Shown here piece by piece: positions 27,626-38,100 of a DNA stretch of 58,277 nt. A program made the translations under genes and the position numbers. Below the pieces are notes generated by a model. The model worked only from the letters and a program-made list of their open reading frames with translations. It made no database searches and was not told the DNA's origin. The DNA is from a virus (Duplodnaviria > Caudoviricetes): the IMG/VR virus record IMGVR_UViG_3300025018_000174, positions 1 to 58,277 of that record, one strand, 5' to 3'. Numbering within the stretch: position 1 is the first letter of the stretch; each line of letters opens with the position of its first letter.

Positions 27626-27829
27626 CTACTTGGTGCCCCAGATTTTGAACACCCCGCCCGAGATGCCGACGGCAGTCAGGAGAGCAGTGGCCGCGCCCTC
27701 GACGCTGATCGTGATGTGGATCAGGCCGTTGACGAATTCATAGCTGAACCAGCCGAGAGCCACGGCGGGCACCGAGCCCAGCAGGGTCGAGATGATGTAG
27801 ACGAGAAGGCGGATATAGACGTTGGACAT
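27626..27829 (-). CDS. Putative holin
   Basis: 67 aa with two hydrophobic segments; directly after the endolysin; AAGGAG RBS. Confidence 0.65.
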   Translation of the reverse strand: MSNVYIRLLVYIISTLLGSVPAVALGWFSYEFVNGLIHITISVEGAATALLTAVGISGGVFKIWGTK

Positions 27830-27853
27830 CAGATTGCTCCTTGATGGTTATGC

Positions 27854-28693
27854 TCAGCCGAGCCGAGCCGCTTGGACGTGCATCCAGTCATAGTTGCGCG
27901 CCCTTCCAAGGCTGAGCCAACCTTCGGCTTCCCAGCACCGGAAGAAGTTCTCGCATTCCTTGCGAGCGAGGTAGGCACGGTCCCGGCCCCATTTGAGCTG
28001 GTTCCGTGCCGGGTCGAAGTCAATGGCAATGCCCCAGGCGTGCGTCGACAGGCTGGACCCGCCGCGCATCTGCCGATAGTTGAAGCAGCCGCCATAGAGG
28101 TCAAACCCATGTCCCGAAATGTCTTCAGGGGAATATGCCGAGGCAATACGGCCCAGCACCCGTTCGATCGACGTGGCCACCTTCTCATGGCAGCGGAACG
28201 TCTGGATGGTCGACGCCGTGTCCCAGGCAATCTTCATGGTGAACGGAAGTTTTACTACGCCAGCCGTGCATTGCGGACCACCGGCAACGCCAAAGGCTTT
28301 GGAGGCTTGAGACTGCAGAGGCCAGACAACCCCTTGGGTCAGCAGGTCAAGCTCCGGTTCAGCCTCGGGTGCCGGGCGCCATGCATCAGGCCGCTTGTCG
28401 TGTGCCTTCTCATAGTCGAAAAGACCCAGAGCGTATTCGGTTGACGGGCCGACAAGGCCGTCAATGGTTCCCACGTCAGTGTATCCCGCGTAAAGCAAGA
28501 TCAGCTGAAGGGCTGCCACACCTTTGCGCCAGGTCGACCAATTCCAGGCCGACGCAGGGAGCTCATTCTTGCGGCGATCCAGCAGGCTGTGGATGGCTGC
28601 CGAAGACTTGGGGCCCAAGTCTCCGTCAATGTCTCCCTTGTAGTATCCAGCGGCTGCCAAGAGCCGCTGAATGTCACGTGCTGAGATGGTCAT
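27854..28693 (-). CDS. Endolysin: peptidoglycan-binding domain plus M15 metallopeptidase
   Basis: IDGDLGPKS and IDGLVGPST repeats; R...STHAWGIAID...DWMH. Confidence 0.88.
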   Translation of the reverse strand: MTISARDIQRLLAAAGYYKGDIDGDLGPKSSAAIHSLLDRRKNELPASAWNWSTWRKGVAALQLILLYAGYTDVGTIDGLVGPSTEYALGLFDYEKAHDKRPDAWRPAPEAEPELDLLTQGVVWPLQSQASKAFGVAGGPQCTAGVVKLPFTMKIAWDTASTIQTFRCHEKVATSIERVLGRIASAYSPEDISGHGFDLYGGCFNYRQMRGGSSLSTHAWGIAIDFDPARNQLKWGRDRAYLARKECENFFRCWEAEGWLSLGRARNYDWMHVQAARLG

Positions 28694-28704
28694 GCATTTG
28701 CTCC

Positions 28705-29193
28705 CTAGAAGTCAGTTTCAATATAGACACCGGCACAATCAAACGCAACTGCGGCGGCCGTGGCGTCATTGTTCATATAGTTGCGGGGGCTAAGAAATGT
28801 CGTAGCCGCTGGAAGGTCCGTGGTCAGGGACAGCACGTCCAAGGCCCCGATCGCAGCAGACAGGGTTTGCCAGGCAGCGCCAGTCCAGATGACTGCCATG
28901 TCCTCATCGACAACCCAGGCCATCCAGCCTTCATCAGGGGCAAAGAATTTCCAGGCGCCGCTCTGGTATGCCGCCACGTTCAGGTCTTTGGTAGCCCACG
29001 CACCAGTAGCCCCTGACCCTACGATATAGCACGCCCCATCAACCGGCGAGCCGGGAGGAGCTGTTAGGTCGCGGTCCAAAACATTGAGCTGGACAAGAAT
29101 GTCCAGCTTGTTGATTGCTTCATTGTGGGTCACGTGCTTCTGCGACTGTGAGGCAGTCAGCAGGGGCAACCCTAGTTTTGTGGAGTTGGGCAT
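28705..29193 (-). CDS. DUF2793 tail protein
   Basis: LPLL...QSQKHVTHNEA..LD, PP.SP.DG..YIV and W.F..P..GW motifs. Confidence 0.85.
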   Translation of the reverse strand: MPNSTKLGLPLLTASQSQKHVTHNEAINKLDILVQLNVLDRDLTAPPGSPVDGACYIVGSGATGAWATKDLNVAAYQSGAWKFFAPDEGWMAWVVDEDMAVIWTGAAWQTLSAAIGALDVLSLTTDLPAATTFLSPRNYMNNDATAAAVAFDCAGVYIETDF

Positions 29194-29199
29194 GATGCC

Positions 29200-32100
29200 T
29201 CACCTGTAAACGATTTCTTCCCCCGGGTAACCCCGACCGACCTGAGCGCTGATTTGATAGACACGGAACTTCAGAGAGGAAGATTGGAGGGCCCCAAAGT
29301 CCGCAGTTTGCATCGCCGCGGTGTAAGTATACGCCGGGGAAGTCAGGCTTGTAACCTCACGAACCACTGTTGTCCCTGCCAGTATTTCAAGGTCATAAAG
29401 TTCGCTCTCTTCATTCAACGGCACTTCGGGCACGTCCCAGCTATCGCCATTCAGGCGAGTGCGGCGCATCCAAGTCAGATTGATGTCATTGGTGCCAGTA
29501 TCCCAAGCCCCGGCAAAGTTTACCGGAGAGTAGGGCTTCAGAGCCACGCTTTCAAAGACAAAGTCCCCTTCCGTGTAAACGGTATCATCGTCCACGGACT
29601 TGGCAGCGTTGCCCCACCGAAGTGTGATGTCGGAGCCACGATCGCCAATCGAGATGGGCAGATACGACGCCACATTGGGATCAATAGCCATTTCATCGGT
29701 CAGCAGAACCACATTGGACCCAGCCGGAATGGGGTTGCGCATGGCATGCTCCGTGCCAAGCTGGCCACGGAGAAGTTGAGAGCAGGTATAGTTCTTCGGA
29801 GACGTGAGCGTCGCCGTCACGAACTGAAGGATTTCCCACGAGCCATCTTGGTTCTGCACGGCCATAGCATTGGCGCCGTTGAGAACCTGATCTTCTGTCT
29901 TGTTCGCCAGCGTGCCAGTATACATTTCCACGTATACCGAATTGCCGGTATCCCAGACACCAGTCGGGCCACTGTAAAGGTCCTGAGTGAGCCGACCAAG
30001 GAACGACCGGCTTCCAACCGAGCGCACCAAGTCCCAACCGCCAGAGCCATCTTCCCGATACACGGCAACAGCACCCGGCCACGGGTCCATCCAGACTGCG
30101 ACCCGAGGAGCCCACGGGCTGGGCTCGGTTCCCGTCAGTAACGGAATATCCATCGGCACCATGATGGCATAGCCCGGCGCCCACGGAATTTGCGGGATAT
30201 ACTCCTGGACCGGGTAAGAGGGCAGGCGGAACAGGGAACTGTCAAAGTTGACAAATTCCGCTTGGCGGAACTCTGCGGTGTTGATCTGCTGGAACCGGCC
30301 TGTGGCAGTCCGGGACCCAACCGAATAGACAAAGCCATCACCGGGGTCAAAGCGGAACATGGAGGGCGGCAGGTTTACCGTCCCTTGCTCGCGAGCCGTC
30401 CAGGCTTGGTGGATGATACTGTCGGCAAGGCCCCGCACATAGTGCGCTTCCAAGACAATGGGCAATTGAAGGCTGGCAACGTTCAAGCTGCTCCCAAAGG
30501 AGCGTTTGCCGTCAAGGCTCGCCACCGCATAGTCATTGTCACCATCCACATAGTCAATCTTGACCGCCGACGGCAACTCGGTGTCCTGGGTGCGAGTAAC
30601 CGAGAACCCGGTTTTGTCCGAGGTGGTGCTGACGTAATCGTCAGAAGACAGGGCCGTCACCGAAGTCGAGGAACGGAGGGCAAACTTGAGCTTCCCTTCG
30701 CTTTCAAAGGCATCAAACATAAAGGCACCCATGAGCGAGGAAATCATATCCCTCACTGCCATGATGCTTTCAATGTTGAAGCCCTTAACCAGGGCTTGCG
30801 ATCCGTTGAGAAGCGTGGTGTCCACGTCCGTGACGCCAACAGAGGCGCACAGTTCCTCGATCAGACGCGGCAGAGACACAGCGTCCAAGCGGCCAGTCAG
30901 CCAATGGCCATACCTCCACAATGCGTTGTCCGACCAAACATCGGAACGCAGAGGGTAGTCAGGGTAGGGCCGAGCATCCCAGCACCAGATGAGGATGTTT
31001 TCCAGCGAAATCATCTCGTCGCCGTAGACAGCACTGGTCGGCGAGTTATCCCGCCAATACTGCAGAGAGGCCTCGATGAAGACCCGCTGGATATACTCGT
31101 CCTGCTCTCCCGTAGAGTAATACGGGAAGAAGCTCTCCGACGACTTGGGATCGTAGAAGACGTTGGGCTGGTTCGGGCCCTTGTCAATGGCCGGGCAACC
31201 AAGTTCCGTGAACCAGATAGGCTTGGACTGCGGCACCCACGAAGTGTTGGAGCCGCTTTCCACCCCTGCCGGACGGTTCCTGTGGTTGTTCAGCCACCAG
31301 TTGCGAATGTCCTTCTGCCGGAACACCCACGGCTTGCTGTAAGCCACATCAACAATTGGGGTTCGGACTTGGTTGTCCCGATCCGATTGGCTGGCGTAAT
31401 ACCAGTCATAGAATTCCCCGCCTTCGATGTTGGCCTTCAGGTATTCGTGGTTGTGGGGTGACACGATATTGTTGGTCGGGTCATAGTCAAGGTGATTGAC
31501 CCCGTCCCGCCAGTCTGCAAGGGGCATATAGTTGTCAATACCAATGAAGTCAATGCTTGCATGGGACCACAGCGGGTCCAAGTTGAAGTAGACGTCATTG
31601 GTGCCGTCGTTCGGACGGTAGGAATGGTATTCGGACCAGTCAGCAGTATACCCAACCTTGGTTCCGGAGCCGACAATGGCTTTCACGTCCGTGGCAAGGG
31701 TCTGAAGACGTGTCACTGCAGGAAAGGCTGAGGCCGACGACCGAATGGACGTCATACCTACCATTTCCGAGCCAATGACAAAGCCATCCACACCCCCTGC
31801 GGCAGCGCACAGGTTGGCATAGTGCAGGATCATACGCCGAAGGCCCCAGGTGCCGTTGAAGAAGTTGGTGACCTGGGTGGAAGCGGTAGCAGTCTTGTCC
31901 ACTGTTCCGGTATAGCCTGCCGCCGGGCTGCAGGTAATCCGACCGCGCCAGGGGAAGACAGGCTGGCCAACCGTGGCGGCGTTGTTGCTATAGGGGTTCG
32001 GCAGCGTGTTTCCGGGCGGAATGTCCATGAAGATGAACGGGTAGAACACAACCCGATAACCCTTGTTCTTCAGCCAGATAATGGCTTCTGTCACCACGCT

Positions 32101-33204
32101 GTCCGAAGGCGTTCCGCCATAAAGCGGCCGGCCCTCAGTATCAAGCGAGACTTGGGGCACATCGTCACGATAGAGGCCATCGACCATCCACTCGCTCGGA
32201 GTGACGACGGCGCCCCGGTTGTTAAATTCCACTTTCGGCTTGATGGTGCAGTTGCCAATCCGCAGATCGTCACCAAACCAGCCCACCACAAGAGCCACGG
32301 TCTCCATGTTGTCCTGGAACAATCCAAGCTGTTCCATTGACCGCACAAAGTCGGGCTTCTGTTCCATGTTGTGGACGTTCATGGACTTGGCAGGCGAAGT
32401 GCTGGTCGGGCCAAACAGCGGCAAGCCAAGCTTGTCAGCCACACCAGCTGAAGCAGCGCCGGACTGCTGGACATACTCCTGGGAGCCATAGATGAATTCC
32501 CCCGAGCCCGGGATCAAGCAGACCCCGCGCATGATTTGGGAGATGTCATCAGGGTCCGTGGTCACCAGCGGGCGAATGATTTCCGCCGTGATTTGGGGAA
32601 TGCGGTTGCCGTAGTCCGTCAGCACCAGGTCTTCCAGCACCAAATAAGTGATGCCCCGGAAAGCCGGGGTCTTGTTGGCGCCTTCGATCGACTGGATCAG
32701 AGTATCGGGGGTCTGGCTTTCCGTGCCACGGTAGAACCGCCAGTTCATGGACCCAATGTCCACTTCCTTGCCGTCCATCCAGACACGACCCAGCTGAGTT
32801 TTGCGGTTGCCCTCGCCAAAGGCAATGGCCAGCGACACCGAGTAGGTATAGGTTGTGGTGGTGACCTTCTGCCCGCCACCGCCTTTACCACCAACGCGCT
32901 CGGTCTCCTTGGTGACCGTCTCCTTGAAGCGGGTGCACCAGATCACTTGGCCATTGACACGCATGCGCCCATAAAGACGGCCTACAGGGGCTCCCTCGGA
33001 GGAACCCATGAAGGCAGTCTCTTGAAGGCGAGGGCCTTCAACACGTTGAGCAGGCGAAAGTGCCGAGATAAGGGCTCGGTCAATGTAGCCCCCGACAAAG
33101 CTACCAACCATGCCTCCGATAGCTGCACCAGAGAACCCAAGGATAGCACCCCCAAATCCGCCGCCAATTGCCGTGCCAACGGCGCCAAGAATGAGGGTTG
33201 CCAT
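29200..33204 (-). CDS. GTA-like baseplate multidomain 'megatron' protein (GTA TIM-barrel plus phage-tail domain)
   Basis: MATLILGA..., EGPRL, GVCLIPGSGEF, YGGTPSD, YTADWSEY and WDARPYP motifs. Confidence 0.9.
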   Translation of the reverse strand: MATLILGAVGTAIGGGFGGAILGFSGAAIGGMVGSFVGGYIDRALISALSPAQRVEGPRLQETAFMGSSEGAPVGRLYGRMRVNGQVIWCTRFKETVTKETERVGGKGGGGQKVTTTTYTYSVSLAIAFGEGNRKTQLGRVWMDGKEVDIGSMNWRFYRGTESQTPDTLIQSIEGANKTPAFRGITYLVLEDLVLTDYGNRIPQITAEIIRPLVTTDPDDISQIMRGVCLIPGSGEFIYGSQEYVQQSGAASAGVADKLGLPLFGPTSTSPAKSMNVHNMEQKPDFVRSMEQLGLFQDNMETVALVVGWFGDDLRIGNCTIKPKVEFNNRGAVVTPSEWMVDGLYRDDVPQVSLDTEGRPLYGGTPSDSVVTEAIIWLKNKGYRVVFYPFIFMDIPPGNTLPNPYSNNAATVGQPVFPWRGRITCSPAAGYTGTVDKTATASTQVTNFFNGTWGLRRMILHYANLCAAAGGVDGFVIGSEMVGMTSIRSSASAFPAVTRLQTLATDVKAIVGSGTKVGYTADWSEYHSYRPNDGTNDVYFNLDPLWSHASIDFIGIDNYMPLADWRDGVNHLDYDPTNNIVSPHNHEYLKANIEGGEFYDWYYASQSDRDNQVRTPIVDVAYSKPWVFRQKDIRNWWLNNHRNRPAGVESGSNTSWVPQSKPIWFTELGCPAIDKGPNQPNVFYDPKSSESFFPYYSTGEQDEYIQRVFIEASLQYWRDNSPTSAVYGDEMISLENILIWCWDARPYPDYPLRSDVWSDNALWRYGHWLTGRLDAVSLPRLIEELCASVGVTDVDTTLLNGSQALVKGFNIESIMAVRDMISSLMGAFMFDAFESEGKLKFALRSSTSVTALSSDDYVSTTSDKTGFSVTRTQDTELPSAVKIDYVDGDNDYAVASLDGKRSFGSSLNVASLQLPIVLEAHYVRGLADSIIHQAWTAREQGTVNLPPSMFRFDPGDGFVYSVGSRTATGRFQQINTAEFRQAEFVNFDSSLFRLPSYPVQEYIPQIPWAPGYAIMVPMDIPLLTGTEPSPWAPRVAVWMDPWPGAVAVYREDGSGGWDLVRSVGSRSFLGRLTQDLYSGPTGVWDTGNSVYVEMYTGTLANKTEDQVLNGANAMAVQNQDGSWEILQFVTATLTSPKNYTCSQLLRGQLGTEHAMRNPIPAGSNVVLLTDEMAIDPNVASYLPISIGDRGSDITLRWGNAAKSVDDDTVYTEGDFVFESVALKPYSPVNFAGAWDTGTNDINLTWMRRTRLNGDSWDVPEVPLNEESELYDLEILAGTTVVREVTSLTSPAYTYTAAMQTADFGALQSSSLKFRVYQISAQVGRGYPGEEIVYR

Positions 33205-33207
33205 ACT

Positions 33208-33642
33208 CTAGCCTCCTTTGTCAGGGAACCGGAAGGCCGCAACGACCTTTGGCTCCCACATTGCCCCCAGCTCAACTTCGTAGACCTTACGCCCACTGTG
33301 CGCGTGCACCATAGTCTTTTCAGTCGTCATGATGCCGCAGTGCTGGGCTACGGCATTCGGGTGAACCCTGAAAGCAAGAACCACACCTGGGCCCCGAGCA
33401 CTTGCTTCCACTTCATGCAGATAAGCCCTTGCCGTGTCCAGCAAGAGCTCCTCATCCTTATTGCGGCCGGACCATCGAGCCGAATAGACAGGCACCGGAG
33501 GCAGGGGCAAATTGTTGAGCTCAGCCCATACTCCCCTCACCAGCCCAATGCAATCACATCCAGCACCTTTGACTGCCGCCATGTTATGATACGGCGTGCC
33601 AATCCAGGAGCGAGCCAGTTTTGCGACTTCCTCATCGATCAT
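33208..33642 (-). CDS. NlpC/P60 tail peptidase (RcGTA g14-like)
   Basis: ARSWIGTPY, GCDCIGLVRGVW, HCGI and HA motifs. Confidence 0.9.
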   Translation of the reverse strand: MIDEEVAKLARSWIGTPYHNMAAVKGAGCDCIGLVRGVWAELNNLPLPPVPVYSARWSGRNKDEELLLDTARAYLHEVEASARGPGVVLAFRVHPNAVAQHCGIMTTEKTMVHAHSGRKVYEVELGAMWEPKVVAAFRFPDKGG

Positions 33643-34547
33643 GTTGCATCATCGTTGGTAAAGAGGGAACCGCCGTTCAAGTTGGCTTCGCCGGAGGTCG
33701 GGTAGAACAGAAGCATGTCCTGGCCAGGGATGAGGTTGAAGCCACGGAAGTTTGTGATGTTGGCAAACTTCTCTTGGCAAGTCTCCGCGTCCTGCTTGCA
33801 CCCTGCGGTGATCGTGAAGGCTTCGCCGATCGACACGTCAAAGGGCATGGGTTGCCACAGCTCAATGGTGACGGTCCCAAACGCGGAGTTGTGCTGCTTC
33901 ACTTCCATGCGCTGGTTATCATTTGCCCCAGTGGTGAAGGTCAGCACTCCGGCAGTGAACCAGTCGTCTGTGAAGGCGCCAAGGCCCGAAACGGTGAACA
34001 CACGGCTGCTTGCCACTGAGGCCACAGTGCCCGAGCCCGAATAGGCCGGGTCAGAAAGGTTGACCTTGCAGCGGGAGTCTCCGACAACGGCGTCACAGTA
34101 GCGCTGATACTTGCGCCCGGTCTTCTGTTGAAGGGCGTTTGCCAAGCCCCGAAGCTCTGCCGAGAACGCCAAGCCATTGCGCTTGACTTCCCCGATGGTG
34201 CCACGGTTCACAAGGTGCCGCTGAGTGACATCTGACCAGTTCACCCAGTAGAGCTCGATCACGGCCCCGTCATACACGCCTCGGGCCAGATCGTCCTCGT
34301 TGATGGTGGCATCGCTGAGGGCCCCTTCAACTTCAAGGTTGTCCACCGCCAAGCCAAGGCTCTGTGCCACTTGAGTGGCCGTAAAGCCAGCATAGGCAAT
34401 ATAGGTCACGCTGTCAAACGTGAGAGGGTTGTCATGGTCCGTGAAGCCCTGAACCACACCATCCGTACGAGTGAGCTTCCAGCAATAGCACATCTTGGTG
34501 GCACGGCTCTCAAGGTGAGCCTGCAGATTGGGGTCAAGCTGTTTCAT
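33639..34547 (-). CDS. DUF2163 baseplate hub (RcGTA g13-like)
   Basis: CW..TR.DG...GFTDHD, CDAVVGD.RC, GC....C..KF.N..NFRGF motifs. Confidence 0.9.
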   Translation of the reverse strand: MKQLDPNLQAHLESRATKMCYCWKLTRTDGVVQGFTDHDNPLTFDSVTYIAYAGFTATQVAQSLGLAVDNLEVEGALSDATINEDDLARGVYDGAVIELYWVNWSDVTQRHLVNRGTIGEVKRNGLAFSAELRGLANALQQKTGRKYQRYCDAVVGDSRCKVNLSDPAYSGSGTVASVASSRVFTVSGLGAFTDDWFTAGVLTFTTGANDNQRMEVKQHNSAFGTVTIELWQPMPFDVSIGEAFTITAGCKQDAETCQEKFANITNFRGFNLIPGQDMLLFYPTSGEANLNGGSLFTNDDAT

Positions 34548-35194
34548 GCCAAGCTCCCCAGGGTCGTCTTCACTTCAATGATGTCGATTTGCGGAACCGA
34601 GCCAGCGTTGAATTGCTCCACGCTAATGGTCAGCTCATCTTGGTTGAACCGCACGGGCACATCGAATTCAAAGCCAGCTTTGATGACATGCCCGTTTGCC
34701 GGGGCGGTGTTGAAGTTGATGATGCCGGTCGTGGTGTCCAGCACATACGACCCGCCGCTCACCAGAGCTCCGTTCACTTCGACCAATACAGTGCCACTCA
34801 CCGGCTTGGTGATGTTGCGGGTATAGGTGAACCCGCCGGAGCTGTAGACCTTCTTCAGCTGGAACTTGCGCTGAGTGCCATTGCCCGTGCCAATGATTTG
34901 GTCGGTGCGAGCCACGGCCGTTCCGGGCGGACAGGACTTGTAGTCCAGCCAGTCTTTCCACCGAAAGCCATATAGGCTCCCCAGGCGAGCTTCCCAGAAC
35001 TCAGCCACCGCATAGACGTCGTTGATGTTCCGCAGCCCAAGGCCTGCGTCGTAAGAACGACGGGAGTCACCCCAAACGGAGTTGCGTTCCTCATAACCCG
35101 AACGCAGGGTGACAATATCTGTCCTCCGGCGCGGACCGCCGGAGGAACCTTTGCTGATGCTGTCGGGGAACCGAACCTCGTGAAAGTCTGCCAT
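34544..35194 (-). CDS. DUF2460 distal tail protein (RcGTA g12-like)
   Basis: FHEVRFP, GGP.RRT, GFRWKDW.DYKS and AGFEFDVPVRF motifs. Confidence 0.92.
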   Translation of the reverse strand: MADFHEVRFPDSISKGSSGGPRRRTDIVTLRSGYEERNSVWGDSRRSYDAGLGLRNINDVYAVAEFWEARLGSLYGFRWKDWLDYKSCPPGTAVARTDQIIGTGNGTQRKFQLKKVYSSGGFTYTRNITKPVSGTVLVEVNGALVSGGSYVLDTTTGIINFNTAPANGHVIKAGFEFDVPVRFNQDELTISVEQFNAGSVPQIDIIEVKTTLGSLA

Positions 35195-38100
35195 TACATA
35201 TTCCTTTGCCCTCGACCCAGCGCCCGCTGCATCCGGGCAGCAATCTGGGCTTCAGATTGGCGGAACCCTTGGACGTCCGGCGTGGTGATATAGAAGTTGT
35301 TGGTCATTTGACCACTGCCACCGTCTTTGCCCGCCGGGGTAACAGTTACGCGCTCACCACGCGAGGCCTTGAAGGCCACCACGTTCTGATCCACGCCACC
35401 ACGTCCCCCGACAACAAAGTCAGCACCTTCATTATGTGCCGGAAGTCCGGCTCCACCGACACCCATAAATCCGCCGAGAAGACCCTGGAACCAATTCTGC
35501 AAGGGCCCAAGCAAGAAGGTCTGCATCCCGATCTTTGCCATATCCGCAATGATCGAGACCGCCAGCTCACTGAAGCTGAACTTGCCAGTCCGCACAAAGC
35601 TGTCCAACGACGAGCTGAGGTTGGAGAACACGGCGTTGCTGACGTCTTGGATCAACTCCAGCTTGGTTTCCATCTCAATTAGCGCTTCAGCACGCTGGCG
35701 GATCAGGGCAATATCTTGTTGGGACAAGATGATGCCTTCACGATGGGCTTCCGCCGTGGCATCTGCCACAATCTGCTCAGCTTGAGCCGCCTGAGTGTTT
35801 AGCGTGAGTTGCTGGTATTGAGTTTCCAGTTCCGAGTTGATGCTGCGGATCACTCGGAGGTATTCCTCCGACTGGCCTGCCCGATCATAGGCATTCATCA
35901 GGCTGCCGCCAGGGGCATTGTTGTCGTTGGACACCAATACGTTTTCGCCCCGCGAAGCCCAGAAGGCCACCAGGTTTTGATCCACGCCGCCCGTGCCACC
36001 AACGGTAAACGACCCGCCGGAGTTGAGCTCCATCAGACCGAGGCCACCCGTGTTGCTCCGAGTGACCGGGCCCGTGTTTCCATACGACGCCGTAATAACC
36101 TGAGGCGTAACACTCGGCACATTGATGTTCCCCGAGCCGTCCTGGATGATCTGCATAGCCGCGGCACCCCGGACAAGCTGATCGGCCAGATTGCGCGCAC
36201 CGTCCACTGCCGGATTGAAACTGATCCCACGAAGCTCAGCACCCATCTCGCCGGTAAAAGTGGCGCTTTCGCTCATCGGAGCCACAAGATTGCGGGACTG
36301 TTCGACCAATGATTGCAAGCTGGTGGCGTTGGCCCCGAGGGCTTCACGAAGCAGCCGCTCTTGCTCGCGGGCATCCGAGAGCTTGGTCAGCAGGTCCGCC
36401 AGGTCAGAGAAGAGCTGATCGTCACCCAGAATGCCGCCGCCCGTAACAATGGCACCAGCCGTCTGGGTTTCTTTCATTGCCGCAGCCAGCTCTTCAAGAG
36501 CTTGCTTCTGATCCGCAAAGCTGTCCGCGTTGTTCACACGATTGACGATTTCCTCATAGCCACCAATGGCGGTCGCCAGTTCAACAATTTGCTCCCGAGC
36601 CTGCGAGAACCAGAGGCCAGCTTGCTCGCCGGGGTTGGCGCGCAGTTGCCCCATGGCAAAGTTGAGGTCATTGACCACGCTGTCCACTTCCTGGCCAGCG
36701 CCACGGACCCGGTTCAAGGCTGCCACAAAGGCGTCAATGTCTCCGGTGCCATTGTTGATGGCTTCCAGCATACGATAGAGGTTCTCAATCTCCTCGTTGC
36801 CATAGAACGGGTTTGCCCCTGAGAAGTAGAGGGTGTCCAGCGACTTCTTCATCTTGCTGATGTTGAAGATGCCATCACCGTCCAAGAAGCCTTCGGTGTT
36901 GGCAATCTCGGTTTGCAGGTTCCGCAGAGCGTCTTGCAGCTGGGCACGGCTTTGCTGAAGCAAGCGTTCAGTGGTAAGGTTTACCACCCCACCAAGCTCT
37001 TCCTGCTCTTTCTTGGCAGTGGCCACGTGCTGTGCATACTGCTCCAGAGCATCAAGGCTGTCCGTCATGGCCCCATCAAGAGCTTTGACCCGATCGGCCG
37101 CAGTCTCGGCGTTCTGGTAGAGGTAAAGCAGGCCACCAATGGCCAGAGCAACCGCACCAACCACCGGGCCGCCGAAGAAGCCCATAGCCAGCTTCAAGCC
37201 ATTGAAAGCTCCAGCCAGAAGCCCGACATTGGTTGCCGCGGTAGCGATATTGGCAATCTTGGACAAAGCAAAGCCAATGACCCAGGCTTCGCCAAGGGCA
37301 AGCACCAAGTCAGCCAAGGGTTCAATGTTGTCGGCCACAAGGATGATAGCATTGGCAATTGCCTCCGTAATGCCCTTGGCAGTTTCAGAGGTGCCGATAT
37401 ACTCCAGAATGTTGTTGCGGAAGATGGTGATGGCCTGAGTGATGGTCGGCGTGGTCTTCGAGAACATCTCTTCAGCTTTGGCCTGGCCTTCAATGACCGC
37501 CCGGAAGAAGTCCTGCGACGAAACCTTCCCGTCGATAACCAAACGGCGCAGACGCGCTACTGAACCACCCGCCTCATCAATGCCTTGAGCAGCCAGGAGG
37601 GCCAGAGGATACGCACCTTCGAGGATCGAGTTGAATTCTTCCGCCCGCACAACGTCGGTGCCAATAGCTTGCGAGAGCTGGATCAGCGCACCTCGAGCGG
37701 TATTGGCAGAACTACCTTGGATGGCAAGAGCCATACCAACGGTTTCCACAAAGTTGAGAATGTCCTCCTGGCTGGCCCCGAGTTCAGTCGAGGCCATAGA
37801 GGCTTTCTGATAGATGTCCACAAGCCCTTCAACCGGCGAACGCGTCCGCCGGGCAATCTCGTGGAGCGAAGCCATAGCCGAGGCAGCTTCAGCGGAGTTG
37901 TCGCTCACCAGCATAACCCGGTTGGCCATGGTGGTTGCGGCGTCCGACCATTCTGCCAAGGTCTGGATGGTCGCGTTGCCAAAATAGGCAGTAGTGAGGA
38001 CACCCAGCGCCCGATTGAGGAGCAGAACCTGACGCTGGGTGCCCCTGGCCGCATCACCCGCCCGCGGGAGCTGCTCAGCCAGTTGTTGAGCTCCGCCGGC

